This document shows, piece by piece, positions 11,283 through 19,757 of a DNA stretch of 64,000 bases (its first letter is position 1; every line of letters begins with the position of its first letter). This stretch comes from an uncultured Anaerolineae bacterium (GTDB lineage Bacteria; Chloroflexota; Anaerolineae; Promineifilales; Promineifilaceae): positions 2,979 to 66,978 of the forward strand of contig CAJQMR010000043.1 in assembly GCA_905479495.1 (NCBI GenBank), in the 5' to 3' direction. The notes beneath the pieces were generated by a model. The model was not told where the DNA came from and made no database searches. It was given only the letters and a program-made list of their open reading frames with translations. The position numbers and the translations under genes are program-made.

Positions 11283-12248
11283 TTAGCGACCAGGGGGAAA
11301 GATGCTGACCTTGTCGCCTGGTTTGATGATTTGGTTGGGGCCGTTTTCAAAGCTGATGTTACGGCCGTTTAACAACACCCGCCACCCTTTACGCACCCGG
11401 TGCGATTTTTCCACCACCATCCAAGGCCGTCCCCGCTCATCCAACCGTTCTTTATCCAACCACTCAATCGCAAAAACGTCTGATCGGGCCACGGGAAAGT
11501 AGTTAAAGAAACGAGTCAACAACATATCCATGCGGCTGCCTTCTGGCAAATGCATCGTCATGGCTTGTCGTTTGGTGTAGTTACGTACCCGTCCATAGAA
11601 AGAAAGTTCAACGGGAAAATCGCCCGCATCCCAGGCGCGCGCCGACTGGTAACCCAGCAACATCAGGTGCAGATGCAGGCTTAGTAGTTTGTTCCAACCA
11701 GCCAGCGCCGCTGGCACGATGGGGTTGCCCGGCATCTCTTCTGTGAGAAAGCGAGCAAAGGTAGCATTAACCAAGCTAATCGAGCCGGTCACATACAGTT
11801 CTGGCACATGAATCCGGCGCGGACCATGCGCACCATGAATCTGTCCGGCGCGGAAAAGATAACGAGCAAACTCGTGGCTCAGATCCAGGCCCAAAGTGCG
11901 GGCCAGCCAAACGGTAAAGAAGCGGCGGCGCTCAGCCAGATGTTCAGGATTGGCTCCCTTTTCCCAACCGAGGATAACGGCCGTATCATGGTGTGCCAGC
12001 AAATAATCATATGTACCCACAACCAGTTCAGACCCACGCCGAAAAAGGGGCTCCACCGTTGCCAACATCGCCTCATAATCAGCCGGTCCCAAACCAAGAA
12101 AGCTTCGCAACCGATCCCATTCTTCCTCTGGCGTTGGTGCCAGATTCGATAAATGCCACAAAGTCTCTTTTGCTGAGTGACCATTTAATACAGTATCCAG
12201 TCCCATTTGAACCTCCAATGCCTGAATCCTAACACGAAAATTCGACAA
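11283..12248 (-). CDS. Protoglobin-like domain fused to a C-terminal MoaD/ThiS-like beta-grasp domain
   Basis: 321 aa. The N-terminal ~200 aa resemble protoglobin / globin-coupled-sensor globins (YDYLLAHHDTAVILG...RRRFFTVWLARTL...RAGQIHGAHG). The C-terminus VLLNGRNISFENGPNQIIKPGDKVSIFPPGR is MoaD-like but ends in GR, not GG. Confidence 0.6.
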   Translation of the reverse strand: MSNFRVRIQALEVQMGLDTVLNGHSAKETLWHLSNLAPTPEEEWDRLRSFLGLGPADYEAMLATVEPLFRRGSELVVGTYDYLLAHHDTAVILGWEKGANPEHLAERRRFFTVWLARTLGLDLSHEFARYLFRAGQIHGAHGPRRIHVPELYVTGSISLVNATFARFLTEEMPGNPIVPAALAGWNKLLSLHLHLMLLGYQSARAWDAGDFPVELSFYGRVRNYTKRQAMTMHLPEGSRMDMLLTRFFNYFPVARSDVFAIEWLDKERLDERGRPWMVVEKSHRVRKGWRVLLNGRNISFENGPNQIIKPGDKVSIFPPGR

Positions 12249-12300
12249 GCGTGATTTTGTGGTAAGATTATTTTAAACCCCGTCAGGAGAATAATACACT

Positions 12301-12579
12301 ATGAAAGTCAACTTCTTCGCTACCTTGCGCCAAATTGTTGGTCAAAAAACGGTAGAAATTGATTTACCAGAAAACACCTCTGTGCAAGATTTTGTAGAAA
12401 TGGTAGTAACGCAATATCCACCAATGCGCAAGGAACTGCTAGATGAACAGGGCAATCTTTACCGGCATGTCCATGTCTTTGTCAACGGCCGTGATGCCCC
12501 GTTTCTGGAAAATGGCATGGAGACAATCATTCAACCAAGCGACACATTAAACATTTTCCCAGCTGTGGGCGGAGGCTAA
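12301..12579 (+). CDS. MoaD/ThiS-family ubiquitin-like sulfur-carrier protein
   Basis: 92 aa. VFVNGRDAPFLENGMETIIQPSDTLNIFPAVGGG has the family's C-terminal Gly-Gly. Confidence 0.8.
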   Translation: MKVNFFATLRQIVGQKTVEIDLPENTSVQDFVEMVVTQYPPMRKELLDEQGNLYRHVHVFVNGRDAPFLENGMETIIQPSDTLNIFPAVGGG

Positions 12580-12583
12580 CGCT

Positions 12584-12841
12584 ATGTATACCGAATCGCG
12601 GCAAATCCGTGGCATTCCCCTTTGGCTGTTGCGTGAATATTTAGAAGAACTGGGGGGAACGGCCGTCAGCGAAACCCGCGTCGAAGGAGATGGCTGGAGT
12701 ATTACCCTGGCCAAAATGGAACCCTTTGCCCTGGGGTCTCTCCGCGTTGGCCAGGTCATGATGGAAATTGAAGGGGAAGAAGAAGCCATCACCCGCCTTA
12801 AACCCGGCCTGGAAAAGAAAACAATGCGCGCCGGCGCATAA
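12584..12841 (+). CDS. Small conserved hypothetical protein coupled to the MoaD-like gene
   Basis: 85 aa, starting 4 nt after the MoaD-like stop. I recognise no family. Confidence 0.5.
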   Translation: MYTESRQIRGIPLWLLREYLEELGGTAVSETRVEGDGWSITLAKMEPFALGSLRVGQVMMEIEGEEEAITRLKPGLEKKTMRAGA

Positions 12842-12851
12842 TAATAATTAC

Positions 12852-12888
12852 AAAAGGTGCGGCTCAGAAACGAGACCGCACCTTTTTT
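12852..12888. terminator. Bidirectional intrinsic terminator between convergent genes
   Basis: AAAAGGTGCGGCTC ... GAGACCGCACCTTTTTT, a GC stem flanked by an A-run and a T-run. Confidence 0.6.
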
Positions 12889-12945
12889 AGTTAACCTGAT
12901 AGAGCGGCTTTAGATTTCCAAAACCACCCTAAGCATGCAAAGCTA

Positions 12946-14802
12946 TTAGAGAATTTCTAACTCTTTTAGCTTAGCCTCTGGCACAACACCATTCTCCCAA
13001 CCACGTGCCGTGTAATACTCTTCTAGCATCAAATCCAATTCACAAACATGGCCTTCTGAACCAGGCATTGTCGATGGCTCTTCAGTGAACCGCTTGGGCA
13101 GATAGTCGCTACCCTCACCAAGACCGGCCAGATTGTTGTAGTAGCGCTCCAGATTGTAAATGCGTTCGCCCGCTAACAACACATCATCGGCCGTAAAATC
13201 TTCAACCCCCACAAAAGCAGCGTACTGCTGAGCATACTCATCAGCACCTACAGCAAAGGCGCTAAATTTGCACAGGTCCAGGCTGTCGGAAAAGGCATGA
13301 ATATCCTGGAATATCTTCACCAACTCGCCTTTACCTTTCCATTCCAGCGGGTCCACGCTCAGGGATTGGAAGGGCATGATGTTCAATTCAGCGGCAGGTG
13401 TATAAGCACGGAGATGGCAGGCACCACGATTGCTGGTCGCATAGGCAATGCCCATCCCCTTCAAACCACGTGGATCATAGGCTGGGATACCTTGTCCCTT
13501 GACCGACATGGCGATTTCAGGATGGTTAAAATGATTGGCCACAGCATTCACACCATTTGCCAGTACATCACCAATGCCTTGACGATGGGCTACTTCTTCG
13601 ATCGTGGCTACCATGTCCATGTAGTCGCCTTCAGCCAAACCGCCGTCACCATTAGTGAACCCTCTGGTGCTGGCTTCAATATAGGTGGCCAACACGTCAC
13701 CAATTTCAATCGCGTCCATACCAAAGTCGTTGGCCATATCAATCATCTTAGCCACGGAGTTAATATTGTCGTTACCGCAGTTAGCCCCGAGCGCCCAAGC
13801 TGGTTCATACTCAACACTTTCCATACGCAGGCCAGCAAATTCACCTTCGGTAATTTCTACTTCTTTCTTGCAAGCAACCGGGCAGGCATGGCAGGTAGGA
13901 TTGTTAACCAAAATATTGTCGTTAACGTATTCACCGCTGAGCAGTTCTGCTCGTTCACCAAAGGAAGTAACACGGCCGTTTAAGGCAGGAAGTCCCCCCA
14001 TTGTGCTTGTGATATTCATCAACACGTTGGTGCCATAAACAGACAACCCACCCTTTCGTGGGCTGGTAATATTGGCTTCGTCCATGATGGCAGACAATGT
14101 GCGTGAGTGTGCTTTCTTCCAATCACTTTTTTCAGCTGGTTTGGGCATCTTCTTTTTGGCTTTGACGACAACCGCTTTCAAGTTTTTGCTACCACCAACG
14201 CAGCCAGTTCCACCACGTCCACTCGCCCGATCGTCTTCATTAACCCAGCAAGCATATTTCACTAAATTTTCTCCAGCTTGCCCGATAGCAATCACGGTCA
14301 AATCTTTTTCACCGTATTGTTCCTGGAGAGTTTTGATCGTATCGTGAACACCGGTTCCCCAAAGGTGAGAGGCATCACGCAGCTCAATCGTGTCTGTTTC
14401 TGCCTCAATGTAAAGGTAAACAGGTTTGTCGGACTTACCCTTGAAAATGAGGCCATCATAGCCGGACCAACGCAGTCTGGCAGCTGACCAGCCCCCATGA
14501 TGGCTGTCGGTAACAGTGCCGGTAAGAGGAGATTTGGTAACAACAGCCATGCGCCCACTCATGTTTGCGGCCGTTCCGGTCAGTGGCCCATTCATGAAAC
14601 AAAGCCAGTTGTCGGGTGATAGCGCATCAACTGTAGGTCCAGCTTCAAGCATGTAGCGCACACCCAAGCCACGAGCACCTATGTATTTAAGAGCCCACTC
14701 TTCCGGGATTGGTTTATGCTCAATTTCTCCTTTGGTTAAATCGATATGAGCAACGCGGTTTGCATATCCTTTAAGATTCATTTGTCTTCTCCTTATGGGC
14801 AC
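12946..14802 (-). CDS. aor: Aldehyde:ferredoxin oxidoreductase (tungstopterin AOR family)
   Basis: 618 aa. AOR N-terminal domain and a 4Fe-4S ligand motif CHACPVAC (CxxCxxxC) plus a distal Cys (GACHLRA). Confidence 0.93.
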   Translation of the reverse strand: MPIRRRQMNLKGYANRVAHIDLTKGEIEHKPIPEEWALKYIGARGLGVRYMLEAGPTVDALSPDNWLCFMNGPLTGTAANMSGRMAVVTKSPLTGTVTDSHHGGWSAARLRWSGYDGLIFKGKSDKPVYLYIEAETDTIELRDASHLWGTGVHDTIKTLQEQYGEKDLTVIAIGQAGENLVKYACWVNEDDRASGRGGTGCVGGSKNLKAVVVKAKKKMPKPAEKSDWKKAHSRTLSAIMDEANITSPRKGGLSVYGTNVLMNITSTMGGLPALNGRVTSFGERAELLSGEYVNDNILVNNPTCHACPVACKKEVEITEGEFAGLRMESVEYEPAWALGANCGNDNINSVAKMIDMANDFGMDAIEIGDVLATYIEASTRGFTNGDGGLAEGDYMDMVATIEEVAHRQGIGDVLANGVNAVANHFNHPEIAMSVKGQGIPAYDPRGLKGMGIAYATSNRGACHLRAYTPAAELNIMPFQSLSVDPLEWKGKGELVKIFQDIHAFSDSLDLCKFSAFAVGADEYAQQYAAFVGVEDFTADDVLLAGERIYNLERYYNNLAGLGEGSDYLPKRFTEEPSTMPGSEGHVCELDLMLEEYYTARGWENGVVPEAKLKELEIL

Positions 14803-15053
14803 CTATCGTTCAGGGGTAATAGAAATAGATCAACGCAAAAGATTGATCTTGAGTTAACAAAATTTTCGATTTGTGCGATGTGGGTAGGTACTACATACTT
14901 GCCAACAGAAGGGCAGGTTAAACACAATGAAATGATGTTAATCTGTCAATAAGACAAATACGAACACCTCCTTGCACCTATTGATTTACAGTGTACTTGA
15001 GTCAATAGCAATCCGCAATATGTAGGAAAATCATAACGCTCCAGGCAATAATA

Positions 15054-15452
15054 TTATGTCAAATGCTCTGGGCCAAAATGGTCGGGGAGAAGGGCATAGA
15101 GGGTGGTGTCCCGGCCGTTTCCCTCATGGTCTACCAGAAAAACCGGTACATCCCCAGCAAACTCGGTAAGCACCTGGCGGCAGGCACCGCAGGGCGAACC
15201 TGCATTTTCAGTAGCAACAGCCACAGCTAAAATTTTTTGCTGCCCTTCAGAGACCGCCTTAAAAACGGCCGTCCGCTCGGCACACATCGACAAGCCGTAA
15301 GAGGCGTTTTCCACATTGACGCCGGTGATGATACGGCCGTCTTTCAGCAGCAAGGCGGCACCCACCGGATAGCGCGAGTAGGGTGCATAGGCACGTTCTC
15401 GTACTTCAATCGCTGCCTGAATTAATGCCGATCGTTGTTCGTAAGTTACCAT
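15054..15452 (-). CDS. cdd: Cytidine deaminase
   Basis: 132 aa with zinc motifs CAERTA and PCGACRQ. Confidence 0.9.
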   Translation of the reverse strand: MVTYEQRSALIQAAIEVRERAYAPYSRYPVGAALLLKDGRIITGVNVENASYGLSMCAERTAVFKAVSEGQQKILAVAVATENAGSPCGACRQVLTEFAGDVPVFLVDHEGNGRDTTLYALLPDHFGPEHLT

Positions 15453-15468
15453 TGTTCACCTACCTAAA

Positions 15469-15561
15469 ATTGTGAATGGTGAACAATTAATTGTGCATTG
15501 TGAAGGGGCGCTTTTTCATTCACAATTCATCATTCTCAATTCACAATTCATGATTCCTCAT
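15469..15561. repeat. Inverted arrays of the heptamer ATTGTGA (5 forward units, GC-rich centre, 6 reverse units TCACAAT)
   Basis: Forward: ATTGTGA ATGGTGA ACAATTA ATTGTGC ATTGTGA. Centre: AGGGGCGCTTTTTCAT. Reverse: TCACAAT TCATCAT TCTCAAT TCACAAT TCATGAT TCCTCAT. All units are in 7-nt phase. Confidence 0.8.
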
Positions 15562-16572
15562 TACTGTAAATGGCTCCACGGCTGTACCGGGAGGCAACAC
15601 TATCCTTTCCACCACCGCCTGCTCAATGTGGCATCCATTGCCTACGGCCGTATCCCGCAAAATCGTGTTTGGTCCAATGACACAATCCTGGCCAACGGCC
15701 GTTTGTCCCTGCAAGTAGCTGTTGGGCCAAATCACCGTATCCTGGCCAATTGTCACGTCCGGGTCAATGTACGTGCTGTCTGGGTCTACGATGGTAACGC
15801 CTTGCGCCAACCAGCGATTATTGGCCCGACGACGAAACGCTTTTTCCACTGCCACCATTTCTGCCCGCGTACCAGCCCCCAGGCATTCGTCGGCATCGGG
15901 CGTGGTCATAGCCGCCACGCCCTGGTTTTGCTGCACGGCCAGTTCAATCATGTCAGTGAGATAATATTCTGGCCCGCTGCGTGCCTGCCGCAAAGGCAGC
16001 TTGTCGATATTGTCCCACAGCCAATCGGCGGCAAAACAGTAAACACCGCCATTTTGTTCAGAAATAGCCAGCAGATCGGCTGCGTTAGGTCGTCGTTTGG
16101 CCTGGGCAACTTCCAAAATTTCGTTTACACGGCCGTTTTCATCCCGCACCACGCGGCCAAAAGAGGATTCAGAACTGCCCATGACGCTGAGGAGAGTAAC
16201 GGCCGTTCTCGTTTCAGCTTGCAAATCGGCCAATTTTTGCAACGTTAGGGTTTGCAACAACGGCATGTCGGCGTAGGTGACAATGACTTGATCAGACAGG
16301 CCCGCCAGCAAAGGTCGCGCCATTTGGGTGGCATGTCCCGTGCCCAACTGCTGCTCCTGCACCGCATACTGCGCCCGGCTGCCAAACAGCTGCCGCACGC
16401 CATTGCCCCCCTTGCCAATGATGAGGACAGGGGAAATTGGGGTGAGGGAAACGGCCGTATCAAACAAATGCTGCACCATCGGCTTACCACCCACCTCATG
16501 CAAAATCTTTTGCTTCTTGGACAACATCCGGCTGCCCTGCCCAGCTGCCAAAATTACAATTGCTAACGTCAT
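15541..16572 (-). CDS. GlmU-like sugar-1-phosphate nucleotidyltransferase with a short left-handed beta-helix
   Basis: 343 aa with the N-terminal motif IVILAAGQGSRM. The hexapeptide-repeat C-terminus is much shorter than in canonical ~455-aa GlmU. The last codons lie inside the heptamer array. Confidence 0.75.
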   Translation of the reverse strand: MTLAIVILAAGQGSRMLSKKQKILHEVGGKPMVQHLFDTAVSLTPISPVLIIGKGGNGVRQLFGSRAQYAVQEQQLGTGHATQMARPLLAGLSDQVIVTYADMPLLQTLTLQKLADLQAETRTAVTLLSVMGSSESSFGRVVRDENGRVNEILEVAQAKRRPNAADLLAISEQNGGVYCFAADWLWDNIDKLPLRQARSGPEYYLTDMIELAVQQNQGVAAMTTPDADECLGAGTRAEMVAVEKAFRRRANNRWLAQGVTIVDPDSTYIDPDVTIGQDTVIWPNSYLQGQTAVGQDCVIGPNTILRDTAVGNGCHIEQAVVERIVLPPGTAVEPFTVMRNHEL

Positions 16573-16590
16573 AAAGAATAGTAATTGGGC

Positions 16591-16626
16591 AATTGGGTAA
16601 TTACAAAATTACTTAATTACCCAATT
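16591..16626. repeat. Unit-repeat hairpin (AATTGGG units; AATTGGGTAATTA / TAATTACCCAATT, perfect 13-bp stem)
   Basis: Lies between the glmU-like start and tRNA-Gln. The loop is 10 nt. Confidence 0.75.
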
Positions 16627-16646
16627 ACATCAAATTTATTTAGGGA

Positions 16647-16679
16647 TAAAAAAAGGACTGAGCCAAAAACCCAGTCCTT
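16647..16679 (-). terminator. Intrinsic terminator downstream of tRNA-Gln
   Basis: AAGGACTG / CAGTCCTT stem followed by a T-run on the minus strand. Confidence 0.6.
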
Positions 16680-16686
16680 CTACCTA

Positions 16687-16758
16687 CTGCGGTGCCTGGA
16701 TTCGAACCAGGGAATGGCGGATTCAAAGTCCGCTGCCTTACCACTTGGCGACACCGCA
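16687..16758 (-). tRNA. tRNA-Gln (anticodon UUG)
   Basis: Minus-strand sequence TGCGGTGTCGCCAAGTGGTAAGGCAGCGGACTTTGAATCCGCCATTCCCTGGTTCGAATCCAGGCACCGCAG. Acceptor stem TGCGGTG/CACCGCA, anticodon loop CTTTGAA, T-loop GGTTCGAATCC. No CCA is encoded. Confidence 0.9.
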
Positions 16759-16817
16759 AAGACGGGCAAATGTTAGCACATTGGCAGGGCGATGGCAAAC
16801 AAGATTGCCCCGGCCAT

Positions 16818-17420
16818 TTACAGCTCCTGTCGCCCTTCCAGCGCGCGGCTCAGCGTAATCTCGTCAGTGTACTCCAGGTCGCCACCCACGGGCAGGCCTC
16901 GCGCCAGACGCGTAAGCCGTACACCTGTTTCTGCCAAGCGGCGCTGGAGGTAGAGTGCGGTTGATTCCCCTTCCAAGGTAGGATTGGTTGCCAGGATAAT
17001 TTCCTGAAAATCGCTTTGCTGTACCCGGCTCACTAATTCGTTGATACGCAAATCTTCTGGGCCAATGCCTTCAACTGGGGAAATAGCTCCGTGCAGCACA
17101 TGGTAACGGCCGTTAAATGCCTGCGACCGTTCAATGGCCAGCACATCCAGCGGCTCCTCCACCACACACAGCAGCCGATCATCCCGTGCCGAATCCGTGC
17201 ACAAAGCACACGGATCTTCTTCAGTGATGTGAAAGCAGCTACTGCAAAAAATGGTGCGCTCCTTCATCTCCTGAAGGGCCACCGACAAATCCAATGCTTG
17301 CTCATCGGCCATGCGCAGCAGGTAAAACGTCAGCCGCGCCGCCGATTTAGGGCCAATACCGGGCAGACGAGCAAATTCATTGATGAGCCGCTGCACCGGC
17401 TGGGGTAAAGCCGAAGCCAT
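16818..17420 (-). CDS. recR: Recombination protein RecR
   Basis: 200 aa. HhH (LPGIGPKSAARL), a C4 zinc finger (CSSCFHITEEDPCALC) and a Toprim domain. Confidence 0.95.
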   Translation of the reverse strand: MASALPQPVQRLINEFARLPGIGPKSAARLTFYLLRMADEQALDLSVALQEMKERTIFCSSCFHITEEDPCALCTDSARDDRLLCVVEEPLDVLAIERSQAFNGRYHVLHGAISPVEGIGPEDLRINELVSRVQQSDFQEIILATNPTLEGESTALYLQRRLAETGVRLTRLARGLPVGGDLEYTDEITLSRALEGRQEL

Positions 17421-17804
17421 TTAGCCTAACCCCATGCCGCCCAGCAAATCGTTCAGGCCACCGCCCAAACCGCCAGTAATGCCTTCCATCCGCTCAGCAG
17501 CCAAGGCTTGCGACTGCTCGATAGCGGCGTTTACGCCAGCCACCAACATATCTTGCAGCATTTCGGCGTCATCTGGCGTGAGCAATTCAGGGTCCACCTT
17601 AATGGACTCAATGCGCTGATGACCGGTGATAACAATGCTAATCGCCCCGCCACCAGCAGTAACGGTAATGGTTTCATTTTCCAGAGCGGATTGGGCCGTG
17701 GCCATCTGCTCCTGCATTTGCTGCATTTGGTTCATCAAACCACCGGCGCTGGGCATTTTGTTTTTCTTCGGCTTGGGTCGGCCGCGAAAGGATCGTTTTG
17801 ACAT
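17421..17804 (-). CDS. ybaB: Nucleoid-associated protein YbaB/EbfC
   Basis: 127 aa, located between dnaX and recR in the conserved dnaX-ybaB-recR cluster. Confidence 0.9.
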   Translation of the reverse strand: MSKRSFRGRPKPKKNKMPSAGGLMNQMQQMQEQMATAQSALENETITVTAGGGAISIVITGHQRIESIKVDPELLTPDDAEMLQDMLVAGVNAAIEQSQALAAERMEGITGGLGGGLNDLLGGMGLG

Positions 17805-17901
17805 AGTTTACTCCTTACAAATCAACCAAGGATGACAACCAGAAGTTGTTTAATCCTCGCATGTGCGCGCTAAGAAAGCGCGGCTACAGGTTTCTACAAA
17901 A

Positions 17902-19542
17902 TTATTCTTCAGCTACGGTGCCGCCCAGTTCCTCCGCCAACGCGCGGAAATCATCGGGCTGAACAGGCACAGTGTATTCGCTGGTGACAACACCACGGAC
18001 AGTGGTGTCCTGCCCCAGCAGCTCAGTTAACATATCACTGACCAAAGGAACTGCGCCCGCCAGATTATCGAATTTATCTTTAAACAGGGGGTAATCAAAG
18101 CCAATAACCAGCGTGCGCCCCTCGGCAGCCAGCGGTTTGCCCATATTGAGCAACGCTGGCAGATTTTTTATTTTTTCGCCTGACTGTGCCACCAAAGCAG
18201 CCCACACGGCCTGTACTTCGCGCACAGTTAGCGGTTTGGTGGGGGTCTTTTCTGCTTTTTTGGCGGCAGGTTTAGCGGTTTCTTTGGGAGGCTCTTTTTC
18301 GGCCGGCACAGACCTCACCTCAGCTTGGGGCGGAGCGGCTTGGGCAGCAACGGCCGTTTCTTCCACCTTTTCCTTTTGTTGCTCTTTGCTAGGCTTTGTT
18401 TTGGCCGCTTGCGGCGTTGGCGTGGGAACGGCCGTTACCGTCACCGCAGGCATTGGAGTCTCTGGCAACAATTCGATGAAAGCCATCTCCAGGGGCAGCT
18501 GTGGCTGCCAACTGCCTGCGGCCACCAGCGCGGCTTCGTTAAACCGTTTAATTGCCTCAATCAGCCCCTGACGTGGGGCACGCTGCGCCTGGGTCAACAT
18601 TTCACTGCGCTGCTCTGGCGTTGCATCAAGTGGCAGCGTATCGCCTGCGGCTTGCAGCAGCAGCAGATCACGCAGGTAAGCTACCATTTGGCGGCAAAAT
18701 TGGCGGGCATCTGTGCCTGAGGCCAGGGCCTCGTGAATGAGTGACAGACCGCCGGCACCATCTCGACCCAGCCAGGCATTGGTGAGCTGGACCACCGCCT
18801 CATTAGAAGCCGTACCCAACACCATTTGCGTTCGCTCGGCCGTGATCACATCATCCTGGCTCACCACCAATTGATCCAGCAAGCTTTCGGCATCACGCAA
18901 GCTGCCAGCACCCTGGCGGGCAATCATTTGCAGCGCCTCCGGCTCAATGGTGAACCCTTCTTTGTCTGCCAGCCAATGCAGCCGTTCGCTAATTTCTTCC
19001 TGGTTAAACAAGCGGAAGTTGAACTGCTGGCAGCGAGATTTAATGGTAATGGGAACTTTATGTTCTTCGGTGGTAGCCAGAATGAATTTGATCCAATCTG
19101 GTGGTTCCTCCAGCGTTTTGAGCAACGCATTAAACGCAGCGTTTGAAAGCATATGCACTTCGTCAATGATATATACTTTGAAACGAACATTGGAACCAGG
19201 ATGAAACTTGACCATATCCCGCAGTTCCCGAATATCATCTACACCAGTGTGGGAAGCAGCATCAATCTCGATGAGATCAAGAAATGTGCCATTGCGAATG
19301 GATTCACAATTAACACATTCATTACACGGCCGTTCAGCCAAATCCTCATGCAAACAGTTCACAGCTTTGGCCAACAGACGAGCGGTAGTCGTTTTACCCG
19401 TGCCACGCGGACCGCAAAACAAGTAGGCATGACCCAACCGATCCGCCGCAACGCTGTTTTTAAGCGTGCGCGTCACGTGTTCCTGACCAATCACATCATC
19501 AAAGCGAGCAGGCCGCCATTTACGGTACAGAGCTTGGGACAT
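17902..19542 (-). CDS. dnaX: DNA polymerase III subunit gamma/tau
   Basis: 546 aa. Walker A GPRGTGKTT, a zinc module CNECVNCESI and Walker B IIDEVHML. Confidence 0.95.
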   Translation of the reverse strand: MSQALYRKWRPARFDDVIGQEHVTRTLKNSVAADRLGHAYLFCGPRGTGKTTTARLLAKAVNCLHEDLAERPCNECVNCESIRNGTFLDLIEIDAASHTGVDDIRELRDMVKFHPGSNVRFKVYIIDEVHMLSNAAFNALLKTLEEPPDWIKFILATTEEHKVPITIKSRCQQFNFRLFNQEEISERLHWLADKEGFTIEPEALQMIARQGAGSLRDAESLLDQLVVSQDDVITAERTQMVLGTASNEAVVQLTNAWLGRDGAGGLSLIHEALASGTDARQFCRQMVAYLRDLLLLQAAGDTLPLDATPEQRSEMLTQAQRAPRQGLIEAIKRFNEAALVAAGSWQPQLPLEMAFIELLPETPMPAVTVTAVPTPTPQAAKTKPSKEQQKEKVEETAVAAQAAPPQAEVRSVPAEKEPPKETAKPAAKKAEKTPTKPLTVREVQAVWAALVAQSGEKIKNLPALLNMGKPLAAEGRTLVIGFDYPLFKDKFDNLAGAVPLVSDMLTELLGQDTTVRGVVTSEYTVPVQPDDFRALAEELGGTVAEE

Positions 19543-19757
19543 GATGCTAGTTTAACATTCCCCCTACCCCCTGACAAGCTGACAATGCAGCTTGTTAGCA
19601 AACGTTTACAGGCAAGAAATTACCAATAGGCTAGTACCTACGTTAAGCGTCAACAATATAATTCCAAGTTTGTTTATGTTATAATTTTTGCCAATCATCG
19701 AACTGGAGTAGAACAGTTTTACCCAATTTTTAAGACAGAGATCATCTCACATACAGC

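Noticed and set aside
11168-11350. A 60-aa ORF (KKEFRRKERKELEVAKEG...).
   Set aside because: It is encoded almost entirely by the GCAAAG unit-repeat hairpin and the tail of the neighbouring gene.
14803-15053. A possible Moco/Tuco riboswitch upstream of the AOR gene.
   Set aside because: The region is AT-rich, with only one short inverted repeat (AGATCAA...TTGATCT) and no extended GC-rich helices. Nothing resembles a structured aptamer.
18256-18261. An A6-G run in dnaX as a possible gamma/tau frameshift or slippage site.
   Set aside because: The run is read as AAA AAA GCA in the zero frame, so it is not in the A-AAA-AAG phase. It is only six A long and lies in the low-complexity linker, with no downstream stem-loop that I could see.
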